A stretch of 64,000 nucleotides of DNA from Eledone cirrhosa. Lineage: Eukaryota. Below, piece after piece: positions 42,825 through 58,107 of this stretch. The stretch's first letter is position 1; every line of letters starts with the position of its first letter. The notes below the pieces were generated by a model. It searched no databases, was not told the origin of the DNA, and saw nothing but the letters and a program-made list of their open reading frames with translations. The stretch covers positions 26,784,001 through 26,848,000 of the forward strand of contig OZ024751.1 of NCBI GenBank assembly GCA_964016885.1, read 5' to 3'. The position numbers and the translations under genes are program-made.

Positions 42825-43470
42825 TTTCTTTATTAGCCACAAGGGCACAAAAGAAGGGGACAAATACAAAGGGGGAAGTTTACATACAATAAAAACGTGT
42901 AAAATGTTATCACAAATGCAATTTAAAAATTAGTCGATTTTCCCCAATAGGGGGAGATAGATAGATTTCTTTATTAGCCACAAGGGCGCAACAAGAAAGG
43001 GGATAATACAAAGACATGCCGGGGATTTTACATACAGTCGTGTAAAAAATATAAAAACAAACAATTTCAACAATCGAAATCCCCAATAGGGGGGAGGCGC
43101 CACAACTGGGTTGTTTAATACCCCGTCGATAGAACAACCCTCAACTCAAGGAGCGTGTTGTGCAAGTGCTCCTTTCTTCCTTTTGCTCTCTTCCTCAACC
43201 TACAGGCTTATAAACAGAGAAGGCCCAATCACTCGGGCCATTTTCGCTTCATTCACCCACCTTTCAGTAAATTTACTGGGGTGCAGTGCCTCTCTCTCCA
43301 CCCTGATTCTCCTTCTAAAGTGATACTTAAAGAAGGGAATCAATTGTTGTCCGGAGAGAAAGGCATCTGTCCTCAGTCCTCTCAACCTCGTCCACCATAT
43401 AACTTCTTTCACCATAGCCACCGTACAGAGGAAAACCGCCTCTCTTTCGTTTTTGAAAGAGTCTGGCGGT
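42825..43470 (-). mobile_element. Two tandem Tx1/L1-like LINE 3' ends inside (GATA)n
   Basis: AMVKEVIWWTRLRGLRTDAFLSGQQLIPFFKYHFRRRIRVEREALHPSKFTERWVNEAKMARVIGPSLFISL*; both end cccttgtggctaataaagaaa next to (TCTA)n. Confidence 0.75.
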
Positions 43471-43538
<68 letters not shown>

Positions 43539-43840
43539 ACTCGCACGCCAGGAAAAGAGAAAGTAGAAAAGTGGAGTGATAAGAAATGCCATGTGTGAGA
43601 ATAGAGGAAGATGACTGTCGCCATTTTAAAATATTTCGCCTGTGGCTAACATCACAAACATGGAGACTGTTCTTTCCCCAACGGGAACAAACGAGGATGA
43701 AATATGAGTGAACCGAGAGACGAAGAAATCCGTGTCTGCAAATTTAGTAATAGTAATAATAATGTTAATAATACTATAATCTAGAAAAATATTTCTAGTG
43801 AATATTTTTGTCTGTTATACACACACACGTACGCACGCGC

Positions 43841-43978
<138 letters not shown>

Positions 43979-45613
43979 CACACACACAGTTATTTGCTGT
44001 TGAAACTAATATATATATACATTTGAAAAAAGGAAACAGCTCAGAATTATATTAAAACATCAGAATTATATTATAACATGTCAGAATTATATTAAAACAT
44101 ACCAGAATTATATTATAACACATAATTAATATTAAAACATGTCAGAATTATATTAAAACATACCAGAATTATATTATAACACATAATTAATATTAAAACA
44201 TGTCAGGATTATATTAAAACAAACCAGAATTATATTAAAGATATGTACGTCAATACTCATCTTAGAGGGTTCTAAACCCCACTATCAGGTTAAAATTTCT
44301 TTAGTAAAAAACAATACGGTGAAAGCTTCTATTTATAATTTAAAACTCGCTCGCTGTTTCCAAAACATACTTACACCAGAATTATATTAAAACATAGAAT
44401 TATATTCAAACACACCAGAATTATATTTCAACATGTTAGAATTATATTTAAATATGTCAGAATGATTTTGTTACATGTCAGAATTATATTAAAACACATA
44501 ACCATATTAAAACATATCAGAATCATATTTAAATACATTAGATGCATATTTGAACACATAGGAAACATATTAATATATATTTGTTTTTACAAATTGTAAA
44601 TAAATGTTGATAAATGATGTTAAAGTTGTCATTCTGCGAATGTTTTCATTACACTTTATATATAACATAGCATTTTCTATGTGTAACCTCGTTAATAATG
44701 TCATTTTCATCTCATTTATCACGGACGAACCGTAAATAGTTTTACAGTCTTTACTAAAGCCTCATTCTCCATCTTCCATAGTTACAAAGTATCGTTCGCA
44801 TTTTTTACGCATAGAGTTACGGCCCTTGCCATTCTGAGTTCAAATCCCGCCGAGGTTAACTTTGCTTTTCATCCTTACGAGGTCTATAAAATAAAATACC
44901 AGTAATGCACTGGGTAATTGCTGACCTTGTGCCTAAAGTAGAAACAATTATTGTTAATACAAACCACAGTTTTGGTTTAATTTGTGTCATTTCATACTGT
45001 TGATGGTTATGGCAGTGTTAAGGTTCCGGTTTCAATCCTATATAAGGGGTTTCAATCCTATATAAGGGGTTTCAATCCTATATAAGGGGTTTCAATCCTA
45101 TATAAGGGGTGTCAATCACCATAGCTTCAGTTCGGCCAAACAGTGATATTGTGTATGTTGTGACTACTTGACAAACCCATCCGATCGGCCGTACATGTAT
45201 TTGAAAGGGCTAACCTAGTTACACAGTGTTACACTGAACCTCTCTCAGAATTACTGGGCTCATGGAATACTCAACCACTTGCACTGATCCAACCTGAATA
45301 TTCATTGTCTGACTACTAAACTGACAACGACATTTTAGGGCAGCACCCCTAGAATACAGCATCCCCTGGATCCTCTCAAAGCCCCATTGGGGGGTGGGTG
45401 CTTTGAGAGGATCCAGGAGGTACTGGGGTCTAAGGGAGCGGTGGGGTAGAGATGATATAACAGTATATTAAATATCAAATGATACATATTAATATAATAT
45501 TTATTTATACATAGTATATATTATATTATCTATCTATACTGTATACTACTAAAACTCTGTGATTGCTTCTCTGAAATGTAATACAGTCAAAAGGGCGCAT
45601 AATGGGAAAATAC

Positions 45614-45715
45614 TTTGAAAGGAAGTTGACCCTGAAATTGGGATACAAATGGAATAAAACAAGTTTCGAGTAAATCGGAGCACGTGTTGCTGACATATGG
45701 GGTTTTTACGGGTAC
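45614..45715 (-). CDS. Candidate exon: VPVKTPYVSNTCSDLLETCFIPFVSQFQGQLPFK
   Basis: (CT)n polypyrimidine tract then gaag|GTA; AAA|gtattt donor; 102 nt, phase 0-0; a second frame is also open. Confidence 0.35.
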
Positions 45716-46780
45716 CTTCATAAACAGAGAGAGAAAGATAGAGAGAAAGAACTAATGGTTGTGAGAGAGTAGATTGAGTAGATTGAAAGAGAGACATAGA
45801 GAGAGGGAGAGGAGACAGAGAAGGAGAATGGAAGAGAGAGAGAGCTGGTGGTGTTGTTGTGTATATATAAATGTGTGAGTGTGTGTGTGTATATATATAT
45901 ATTTATATGTGTGTGTGTGACCAGTTTATATAGATCACATACACCCACATATATATATATACATACACATACGTATATATATGTATACACACACACACAC
46001 ATTTATATATATACATACGCACACGTATATATATGGGCCTTCCAGTTTCATTTCACATTATATACATGTCTGTATTTTTTAATTATTTAAAATTATACCT
46101 GTCTACTGAAAACTGATACCTGTCTACAATGGCAGATAAACTGAACAAGGAATTCTCATCCATCTATAAATGGAGCGGGGTGGGGGCAAGTAGGATTTTA
46201 AAGTCTAGCATTTCTAACTATGTTGGTTACCCTTTACAAGGTTGCCTCTCTCTGGCTTGCTTTTCCTTTTACACGGGGAGAACAAGGAAAGGGAAGCCCC
46301 TTGATAAGTGCGTGGGCCACCCAAGGTGGCTTAAATCAGTCCTTGCTAGATTGATCTTATCTTAAACGTCAGTCACTCTACTGATTGTTGATCTGTGATG
46401 TTTCTGTATTGTCAGAAATGACAGATGTATGCAATTCCTTCAAGTTATCCTCCAAGCCTTAACATGCTAACCTTTGGGGTATCTTTATCTGACAAAATCT
46501 TTGATGTTGTTTAAAGATACCCTATGTATTATTGAAACTTTCTAAATGTTCAAATTTCTCCGATAAACAACAAATAACTATGTTGAATATTTCAATGGAG
46601 ACTTCATTTTGTTTATTTTTTTTTTGTTTTAACGTGCAAAAGAAGTTTTATTTCGATACCTATAGAATTATAATTGTATCAAGGCATAACAGTCAACATA
46701 ATATTACAAATAGAAAGAGGGGGAAAGAAAGAAAATGGAAAGGAAAAAAGAAAGAGAAAATAGCACACAAGCAGATAATG

Positions 46781-47250
46781 CACACATCTAGGACCACATA
46801 CACCACAAAAGCAGGTAATACATACATCTAGGACCACATACACCACAAAAGCAGGTAATACATACACCTAGGACCACATACACCACAAAATCAGGTAATA
46901 CACACATCTAGGACCACATACACCACAAAAGCAGGTAATACATACATCTAGGACCACATACACCACAAAAGCAGGTAATACATGCATCTAGGACCACATA
47001 CACCACAAAAGCAGGTAATACATACATCTAGGACCACATACGCCACAAAAGCAGGTAATACATACATCTAGGACCACATACACCACACAAGCAGGTAATA
47101 CACACATCTAGGACCACATACACCACAAAAGCAGGTAATACATACATCTAGGACCACATACACCATAAAAGCAGGTAATACATACATCTAGGACCACATA
47201 CACCACAAAAGCAGGTAATACACACATCTTGGACCACATACACAACAAAT
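46781..47250. repeat. 40-bp minisatellite, about 12 copies
   Basis: catacatctaggaccacatacaccacaaaagcaggtaata. Confidence 0.97.
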
Positions 47251-47589
47251 GGCAGGCGAAAAGGGTGGACAAAAGATAACAATATCGTGAGGGCCACTAA
47301 TTTTTTAGGCAAGCCAGCACGCTGGCAGTGTTACCTCGCGTAACCGCTAACACCACCACCACTACCACCACCACCGCCATCACCGCCAACACCACCACCA
47401 CCGCCACCACCACCAAAACCACCACCGCCAACACCACCACCACCACCACCACCGCCAACACCACCATCAGCACCACCACGACCACCACGACCACCAACAC
47501 CACCACCACCATCCAGTCGGCCATTTTACCAATTAAGCCATGTTGAAAAGTAATAATACTTGGAAAAATAAATAAGACGCATACAAAAT

Positions 47590-47640
<51 letters not shown>

Positions 47641-47663
47641 ATATATATGTGTATATGTATACA

Positions 47664-47732
<69 letters not shown>

Positions 47733-47779
47733 GTATACTTACATACATTTATATATATATGTGTGTGTGTGTGTGTATG

Positions 47780-47900
47780 TAGAAGGTAAACAGAAATAAC
47801 AACACAATCGGTATAGTACATGGACGGTATATATTAGTTTAACGCTTGAAATAGCAGGAAGAGGGTGTTGACGTTTCGGACGCTAGTCCTTTATCAGAAG
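47780..47900 (-). mobile_element. Penelope-like terminal repeat family D, second copy
   Basis: CTGATAA-A-GGAC-tagc-GTCC-GAAAC-GTC; homologous to 7185-7310. Confidence 0.7.
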
Positions 47901-47988
47901 AATGAGAAAAATTAGAAAGATTGAAAGGACGGGCGGGGTGAAATGGTACAACACCAGTTTTGTATAGCGAGCTATACTTGGGCAGGTG

Positions 47989-48037
<49 letters not shown>

Positions 48038-49559
48038 TGTGTGTGTTATATTATACTTCGTCTGGTGATGCTGATGGTGATGATAGTGATGATAGTGATG
48101 GTGGTGATGGTGATGTTGATGATGGTGATGATGATGGTGATGATGATGATGGTGATGATGGTGATGGTGATGATAGTGATGATTGTGATGATGGTGGTGA
48201 TGGTGATGATGGTGGTGGTGATTGTGATGATGGTGGTGATGCGATAATGACTACAACATCCACACCAACAACGATACCAATATATTAACCTACATTTTAC
48301 TTCGTGCTTGTTTGTTGTTGTTATTGTTACTGTTGTTGTTATTGTTGTTGTTATTGTTACTGTTGTTGTTATTGTTGTTGTTATTGTTACTGTTGTTGTT
48401 ATTGTTGTTGTTATTGTTACTGTTGTTGTTATTGCTGTTGTTGTTGTTGTTATTGTTACTGTTGTTGTTATTGCTGTTGTTGTTGTTATTGCTGTTGTTG
48501 TTGTTATTGTTGCTGCTGTTGTTGTTATTGTTGCTGTTGTTGTTATTGTTGCTGTTGTTGTTGTTATTGCTGTTGTTGTTATTGTTGTTGTGTTATTATT
48601 GTTGTTATTAAGGGCGGTGGATTGGCAGTGTCGGTAGAGGGTCGGACGCCATGCGTTTCAGCATAGAGTTACGGCCCTTTACGGTCTGAGTTCAAATCCC
48701 GCCGAGGTTAACTTTGCGTTTCATCTTTACGGGGGTCGATAAAATAAAGTACCAGTAATGCACTGGGGTAATTGCTGGCCTTGTACCAAAAGTAGAAATA
48801 ATTCTTATTTATACATCTACGGTCGTTTCAACGCGACTAGAATATTCCATCAGTTGTGGAGAGAACAAGTATATTATCAGTTAAGTAACTTTCTTGAGGA
48901 AATATAATAAAAATAACAATAATTTGTTTAAAATCATGAGACAAAAATTGTATCAAAAATTATACAAGATTCAAAATACAAAAGCAATGAAATAAGCTTT
49001 TGAATATAGTTTTTTTTTCTGGATGCACAAATAAGGAGTTATGGGTGTTTTTTCACAAATATCTTAAAATACATTAAAGTTGTTAGTTGGTTATAGGAGT
49101 TGTTAGGATGTTTTCGTGAGTTGAAATTACAGTGCTTATTATTTTACTAATCCTTTTAACGTAGAAAGATCTGAAAAAAATATATTTAGCAGATATTTCG
49201 TTAGTTAGAAACTCATATAAAATGTGATCGACCAAGTTTTTGAAGGTGATCCTCCAGCATGGCCGCAAACAACCTACAACTGAGACCAGTTAAAATGAAT
49301 AAAAGAGTAATTGTTCCCTTTTGTTAATGTTGACGTAGGATTGTGATTTATGTTGAAAACAATGCTTAAGTATTTGACCTTACCAGGTTAAGATACCTAT
49401 TTAGACAATTGCAAACCGGCTTTTCCCCCTCTCAATTCGTTTTGTAATATTTCTGCGTTGTGGTTCTTTATGACACTCGACATTTTTTATGCAACTGTGG
49501 CTCACTGGTGGCATTTTGTTGTTTAGGAAATCTTTTCTCTTTAGATCAAGAAGAAATGT

Positions 49560-49900
49560 TTTGCAACATTTGTGTAAAAAAACAGGCGTTGCAAAATATT
49601 TCCTCTCTTTAATCAGAAAACATTTGCCGAGCGGCCATTAATTCCAGCAGTTTTTCAACAAGAGCAGAAATTGCATGTAAAAACATCTCGCATTCTTCTA
49701 AGAAACCCAATGCAAAAACATTTTGAATATAGCGTAGAAGGAGCCAATCTGCAATTGCAGAAATATACAGTTCTCGCCTGTCGTGAGGGAATGTAATCCT
49801 TGTTTATATTACATAGAAGTAAACATATATCAGACTGCACGCACAAGTACTTCCAAAACAATGTTATATCGAGCACTTTTATGTTTTTGTACCAAACTAT
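49560..49900 (+). mobile_element. Highly decayed Penelope-like ORF remnant (RT to GIY-YIG linker)
   Basis: KTGVAKYFLSLIRKHLPSGH*FQQFFNKS and CNCRN, parallel to the 61488 ORF. Confidence 0.55.
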
Positions 49901-49962
49901 AAAGAAAATAACTATATACATACTTATATATATACATATATACATATATATGCATGTGTGTG

Positions 49963-50048
<86 letters not shown>

Positions 50049-50519
50049 GTATTATGTTCTTTTTAGCTGTGTTTAAACCATTAGTGATTCTCAAACGTCA
50101 ATCTGGTCTGTTTGGAAATGACATATTGTTTGAATGTGCATGTATGTATGTATGTATGTATGTATGTATGTATGTATGTATGTATGTATGTATGTATGTA
50201 TGTATGCATATATGTATGCAATTATGTATGCATATATGTATGTATGTGTGTATGCATATATATATGCATGTATGTATGTATGCATGTATGTATGTATGTT
50301 TATGTATGTATATATATATGTATGTATATATGTATACATGTATGTATATATGTATATATATATATATATACGTGCGGATGGGTGTTAGAGTGAAAGGAAT
50401 GCGTAAAGATTGTGCGAAAAAATTTTAAGTAGGGTGTGTATGGTTGCTAGGAGACTAATACGTTAGAGTAAACATGATTAAAAAGAAACTGATACCCTTA
50501 CCCCATCAGTAACCCGGGT

Positions 50520-50887
50520 GACATCTGTGGACATCACCCTCTCTTACGACACACCTAATGGTGTGGCCCCACTAACATCTGTGGACATCACCCTCTCTTA
50601 CGACACACCCAATGGTGTGGCCCCACTAACATCTGTGGACATCACCCTCTCTTACGACACACCCAATGGTGTGGCCCCACTAACATCTGTGGACATCACC
50701 CTCTCTTACGACACACCCAATGGTGTGGCCCCACTAACATCTGTGGACATCACCCTCTCTTACGACACACCCAATGGTGTGGCCCCACTAACATCTGTGG
50801 ACATCACCCTCTCTTACAACACACCCAATGGTGTGGCCCCACTAACATCTGTGGACATCACCCTCTCTTACAACACACCCAATGGTG
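50520..50887. repeat. 54-bp minisatellite, about 7 copies
   Basis: acatctgtggacatcaccctctcttacgacacacccaatggtgtggccccacta. Confidence 0.97.
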
Positions 50888-50970
50888 GCCAAATATTGTC
50901 TGCTATGCTTAAAACTTGAATTTGTTTTTGTTTTTTTACCGAGATGTCCTCACTTTGATTATGGAAACTA

Positions 50971-51312
50971 CTGACTGTGGTACCTAGTGACTGTGGTACC
51001 TAGTCACTGTGGTACCTAGTGACTGACTGTGGTACCTAGTCACTGTGGTACCTAGTGACTGACTGTGATACCTAGTGACTGACTGTGGTACCTAGTGACT
51101 GTGGTACCTAGTGACTGTGGTACCTAGTCACTGTGGTACCTAGTGACTGTGGTACCTAGTCACTGTGGTACCTAGTTACTGTGGTACCTAGTGACTGACT
51201 GTGGTACCTAGTGACTGTGGTACCTAGTGACTGTGGTACCTAGTGACTGTGGTACCTAGTGACTGTGGTACCTAGTGACTGTGGTACCTAGTGACTGTGG
51301 TACCTAGTGACG
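50971..51312. repeat. 16/20-bp near-palindromic minisatellite
   Basis: gactgtggtacctagt units. Confidence 0.95.
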
Positions 51313-51542
51313 AGTTAAAGAAGTTTATTTTATTTATAAGAGTAGAAAATAAACCAATTGCTGATTTAAACTGTGTTCGTCAGTATAATGTTGAAACCGA
51401 CGGTCGTCTACCCCTGCTTCTCTAATGTCTATGACGTCATCTCTTTGTATGTTTATCTAACGGATAACTTATAATATTTTGTATTTCCTCTATACTTTTT
51501 AAGAACATACACCACATCGCCATTTTGTTTACTTCGCCTTAA

Positions 51543-51702
51543 CCCTTTAGCATACTTTACTATTATATTTTCAGGGTAAAGGCTTTATCTCACATAATTA
51601 TATCACATTGTATTGATTCTATGAGTGGCCAGTTACGGCTAGTTTGAATAGAAAGAGGTGAGAGAATTCTGGCCGGATATGGCCGGTTTAAATGATAAAG
51701 GG
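51543..51702. mobile_element. piggyBac-type MITE
   Basis: TTAA-ccctttagcat ... atgataaaggg-TTAA: terminal inverted repeats with TTAA duplication. Confidence 0.8.
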
Positions 51703-51909
51703 TTAAGGCGCTTTACGCAGGAAAATCACACCAGCTATAAAAGCAACCTATAAACCTAAACCTAGTCGACCAGCCCCTTTCCTGGTCTTTTGGTTAGCTA
51801 ATGCAGTAACCATAATTAGGCCCTTTATTTTTCTCTCAGTATTGTTTATATGGTGATTGTGGTGATTGTGTTGCTGTTGTTGGTGGTGATGGTGGTGGAG
51901 GTTGCTGTG

Positions 51910-51941
<32 letters not shown>

Positions 51942-52029
51942 AATGATGGTGATGGCGGTGGTTGCCGTGTTGTTGTTGTTGTTGTTGTTGGTGTGGTGGT
52001 GGTAATGATGGGGATGGCGGTGGTTGCTC

Positions 52030-52060
<31 letters not shown>

Positions 52061-52673
52061 AGTGGTGGTAATGATGGTTGTGTATGTGGTGGCTGTGTTG
52101 TTGTTGGTATTCATGGTGGCGGGGGTACTGATGGTGTTGGCGTGGTTTACAGTGGCAGTGATGGTGGTGGTTTGTGTTGTTGATAGAGCCACTGTTGTTG
52201 TTGTTGTTGTTGTTGGTGGTGGTGATGGTGGTGGTGGTGGTGGTGGAGGTGGTGGAGTCAGTGGCGGTGGTCATAGCATTAGAGGTGGTGGTTTTGTTGT
52301 TGCTGTTGTTGCTAGTGTTCGTGGTGTTGGTAGCGGTAGAGGTAGAGGTAGTGGTAGCTGTAGTGGTAGCTGTTGTAGTATTCATGGTGGTGGAGGTTGT
52401 TATGATTGTGGCAGTGGCGGTTGTAGTAATGGTGGTGGTGGTGTTTATGTGTAGATTTATTGTTGTTATTGCTGTTGCTGTTGTCGTTAGTGGTGATGAG
52501 AGGGGCAGTGGTGGTGTTGTTGTGGGCATTATTGTTGTTAGCTGCAAACCCGTTTGCCAAGCTGTGCACACAGCAGTTGTGTCCCTGAGTTTCTCATTAT
52601 ATACCCCCTACCCCAAAAGCCGAACGGTGAACCTTTGTTTGTTTTCGCCCCAGGTATATTTTCTTCATTTATC

Positions 52674-52782
<109 letters not shown>

Positions 52783-52804
52783 ATACAAGCACACATACAG
52801 ACTA

Positions 52805-52901
<97 letters not shown>

Positions 52902-52904
52902 ACA

Positions 52905-52942
<38 letters not shown>

Positions 52943-53539
52943 CATATATATATATTCGGGTCAAGTTATTTGTTTAGGTGTTGTTAGGTGGGCGGGTGAT
53001 GCAATTTTAATTTACTCTTAAAATAGCTGCTGCTGTTGCTGCTGCAGTTGATGTTTTATTGCATATTAATTGTTGTTGTAGTTTTGTATACTTGTTACTG
53101 TTGTACTGTTGTTGTTGTTGTTGTTTGGTTATTGTTGCTGTTGTTACTACTGTTGTTTTTAAAGTGTTTGTTTTAAAGCACAACTTCCGGCTTCTGGAAG
53201 TTGTTCTTTATTCAAAACAGTTTGGTTTGTTAATAACTTCATCCAATATTTTCACTCCCACCATATCCTGTTATATGTTATAGTGGTTAAGACGTTTGCC
53301 TTGTGCCCATCAGCCTGTGAGTTCGATTCCTGGGGGTGGTGTGTTGTGTTCTTGAGCAAAACAGTTCATTTTTCGTAGCTTATTCTGCCAGTAGTTGCGG
53401 CCGTCACATAGTATCAGTAATGGAAAGGCCAATGGAAACATTCTTTTTTTTTTTTTATTTGATCTGAGAATCGCTACCTCTCTTTATGTTCAAGCTGCAA
53501 TATATATCTTCCCGTGAGAATAGTTCCACTGATGCAGGT

Positions 53540-54470
<931 letters not shown>

Positions 54471-54756
54471 TAGTTACTTCCCTTTGGTTTTACTAAAGCT
54501 AGGTATGTGATATATTCAGCACTACATTTATATATGTATATAAAATATATTCTTAAAGTGGATATAAATAAACAAATTTTATTTAAATGGCCAACCCCAA
54601 ATCTGCATATCTGATTCGAACATCTACTCTATATTACAACCCATTTATTATCTAGATGAACCTATAACTCAGAATGGCAAATAATGGTGTACACCAGTCC
54701 AGCCTCGTGTTATTGTATAATTATATGCATCAATAGTATAAAATAATTTAAAACTA

Positions 54757-54876
<120 letters not shown>

Positions 54877-55002
54877 CCGGCCGTCGAAGAAGCAACGCCA
54901 CGTGTCCGGCCCCCTGTAAAATATTTTTCGAGGAAGTTGTTGGAAGTTATCAAATTTAAAGGTTTTTTTTTTTTAGGAACCCTCATTGTTTTTCTAGATT
55001 TT

Positions 55003-55440
55003 GCCATCTGAAGAGCTGAGCTTCTCCTAACTGAGAGTCTGCCATCTGAAGAGCTGAGCTTCTCCTAACTGAGAGTCTGCCATCTGAAGAGCTGAGCTTC
55101 TCCTAACTGAGAGTCTGCCATCTGAAGAGCTGAGCTTCTCCTAACCGAGAGTCTGCCATCTGAAGAGCTGAGCTTCTCCTAACTGAGAGTCTGCCATCTG
55201 AAGAGCTGAGCTTCTCCTAACTGAGAGTCTGCCATCTGAAGAGCTGAGCTTCTCCTAACTGAGAGTCTGCCATCTGAAGAGCTGAGCTTCTCCTAACTGA
55301 GAGTCTGCCATCTGAAGAGCTGAGCTTCTCCTAACTGAGAGTCTGCCATCTGAAGAGCTGAGCTTCTCCTAACTGAGAGTCTGCCATCTGAAGAGCTGGG
55401 GTTCTCCTAACTGAGACTCCTCAGCGAAATATCTATAACG
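55003..55440 (+). repeat. 38-bp minisatellite x10 ending in a complete hammerhead-like motif
   Basis: Unit gccatCTGAAGAgctgagcttctcctaactgagagtct; 11th unit continues gactcctcagc-GAAAT-atct-ATA. Confidence 0.85.
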
Positions 55441-55497
55441 GAGTTTTAAATAAACCTGAATCAACTGGATGTGGCATCCGATCTTTTATTAATATAA

Positions 55498-55776
55498 GGG
55501 CGGTGGATTGGCAGTATCGGTAGAGGGTTGGACGCCATGTTAGGGCGGTGGATTGGCAGTATCGGTAGAGGGTTGGACGCCATGCTAGGGCGTTGGATTG
55601 GCAGTATCGGTAGAGGGTTGGACGCCATGCTTTCCAGCATAGTTACGTCCCTTTACAATCTGAGTTCAAATCCCGCCGAGGTTGACTTTGCCTTTCATCC
55701 TTACGGGGTCGATAAAATAAAAGTACCAGTAATGCACTGGGTATTTGCTGGTCCTGTGCCTAAAGTAGAGACAATT
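55498..55776 (+). mobile_element. tRNA-SINE with triplicated 45-bp 5' head
   Basis: gggcggtggattggcagtatcggtagagggttggacgccatg at 55498, 55543, 55588. Confidence 0.95.
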
Positions 55777-56633
55777 AATATATATATATGTATATATATA
55801 ATGTAGATTCATACCTATGTATGTGTGTATGTGTGTATGTGTATGTATGTATACAGATATCTTTCTATCAGCCCTATCCCACTCTTCCCACCAACATATA
55901 TCGGTCAAAACACAAAGTTGTTGTTGCTGTTGTTGTCTTATCAGACATTTTGGAGTGTTTCTGTTGTAGAAATATTTGCGTCGTTAACCAATTGAGTAGA
56001 TGGCAATGGTGGGGAAGAGTGTGTGAATGATAGCTATTATGAGAGTATGTTGGGTGTATATATATATATATATATATATATATGCGTGTGTGTATAAGTG
56101 TATGTGTGTGTAGAGAGAGAGGAGGTGAGAGTATGTGTGTTTGTGAAGGAGAAAGAGGGGATAGAGAGAGAGGGGTGAGAAGAGGTGGGTATTTCAGATT
56201 GGTTCATTTAGTCTTTTTCTAACAACTATCACACTAAACACTTGCTTACTTCCGACTTCCGCTTCTCCAATGTTTCCTCTGTGTTTCCATACTCTTTTCT
56301 GTTGGGTTATTGAGTCCCTTTCATCTTGAAAACAATGCCTCCACCAGAATTTCCACCTCTGCCACCGCCACCGCCACCATCCCAACACGAGATATTTATC
56401 TCTCCTTTGTTACGAGCCACCTATCATTCGCAGTCCTTTCAGTCAAATCGTTGAAACTGCAGGTGGTCTGAAAGCTGATGAGTGTATTTTAATGTCTGTG
56501 ATCTCTCATCCATTCTATTTCTTCCTTCCAATCAATTCTTCGAGCCAAACACACTTTGAACCGCTGAATTCTATCCTTAGAAATGTTTTTACCCAACGCC
56601 GTTTCGACAATATTTTCCTGTTTTACGCCGACT

Positions 56634-56705
<72 letters not shown>

Positions 56706-56799
56706 AATTCAATATAGAAATGGCTTCTATAGGACTAGAACTGTACACACTCTTCTAATGCATTGAGTACCTTACTTACTGTGGCTGGTTACCCCTGAT

Positions 56800-58107
56800 T
56801 GAGAAGATCAAGAAGATCTGGAGATCTTACAACAGTAATGTGCTTTCAACGCTCCCGTATGGGTGTGGAAGGGGGAGTGTAAAGGGCAGCCATGAGAACC
56901 AATTAGATGATTCTGAAACCAAATGTCTAGAGAAAATCCTTGGCATGAGGTGGGATGACTTCATCTCCAACAAACAAGTCTGTCAACAAACACTCCAACA
57001 ATGTGTGTCTAACATCATGTGCAATGATTGGTTGGGACATGTCACATGACTCCCAAGAGACATGCTAATCAGTTCTTGTATTGGTACACCCCCCCCCCCC
57101 CATGGAAAGAGATGAAGAGGACCTCCCAAGGTGAACTAACGGAGGACAATCAACTGTGGCCTGAAACCCGTCAACAAAAGTTGGAACGAAGTAATGATAG
57201 ATGTAACTGACCGTGGTCAGTGGAGGACTTTGGCTGCCTCGTGTGTCTCAAGATGTGGGATGTATTGACAGATGTAACTGACCGTGGTCAGTGGAGGACT
57301 TTGGCTGCCTCGTGTGTCTCAAGATGTGGGATGTATTGACAGATGTAACTGACCGTGGTCAGTGGAGCACTTTGGCTGCCTCGTGTGTCTCAAGATGTGG
57401 GATGTATTGACAGATGTAACTGACCGTGGTCAGTGGAGCACTTTGGCTGTCTCGTGTGTCTCAAGATGTGGGATGTATTGACAGATGTAACTGACCGTGG
57501 TCAGTGGAGCACTTTGGCTACCTCGTGTGTCTCAAGATGTGGGATGTATTGACAGATGTAACTGACCGTGGTCAGTGGAGCACTTTGGCTGTCTCGTGTG
57601 TCTCAAGATGTGGGATGTATTGATAGATGTAACTGACTGTGGTCAGTGGAGCACTTTGGCTGCCTCGTGTGTCTCAAGATGTGGGATGTATTGATAGATG
57701 TAACTGACTGTGATCAGTGGAGCACTTTGGCTGCCTCGTGTGTCTCAAGATGTGGGATGTATTGATAGATGTAACTGACCGTGGTCATTGGAGCACTTTG
57801 GCTGCCTCGTGTGTCTCAAGATGTGGGATGTATTGATAGATGTAACTGACCGTGGTCATTGGAGCACTTTGGCTGCCTCGTGTGTCTCAAGATGTGGGAT
57901 GTATTGATAGATGTAACTGACCGTGGTCATTGGAGCACTTTGGCTGCCTCGTGTGTCTCAAGATGTGGGATGTATTGATAGATGTAACTGACCGTGGTCA
58001 TTGGAGCACTTTGGCTGCCTCGTGTGTCTCAAGATGTGGGATGTATTGATAGATGTAACTGACCGTGGTCATTGGAGCACTTTGGCTGCCTCGTGTGTCT
58101 CAAGATT
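56800..58107 (+). mobile_element. RTE LINE 3' end whose terminal 69 bp are amplified about 13x (57199-58107)
   Basis: YNSNVLSTLPYGC...KCLEKILGMRWDDFISN...WLGHV...DVTDRGQWRTLAASCVSRCGMY*. Confidence 0.9.

Noticed and set aside
46129-46500. Possible exon or ORF in unique sequence (similar weak candidates at 33180-33295, 35790-35860, 43560-43735, 56250-56325)
   Set aside because: Several frames or splice sites are equally plausible and no motif is recognisable
50518-50919. ORF of 18-aa repeats (TSVDITLSYDTPNGVAPL)
   Set aside because: Open only because the 54-bp unit is a stop-free multiple of three; no ATG or splice signals
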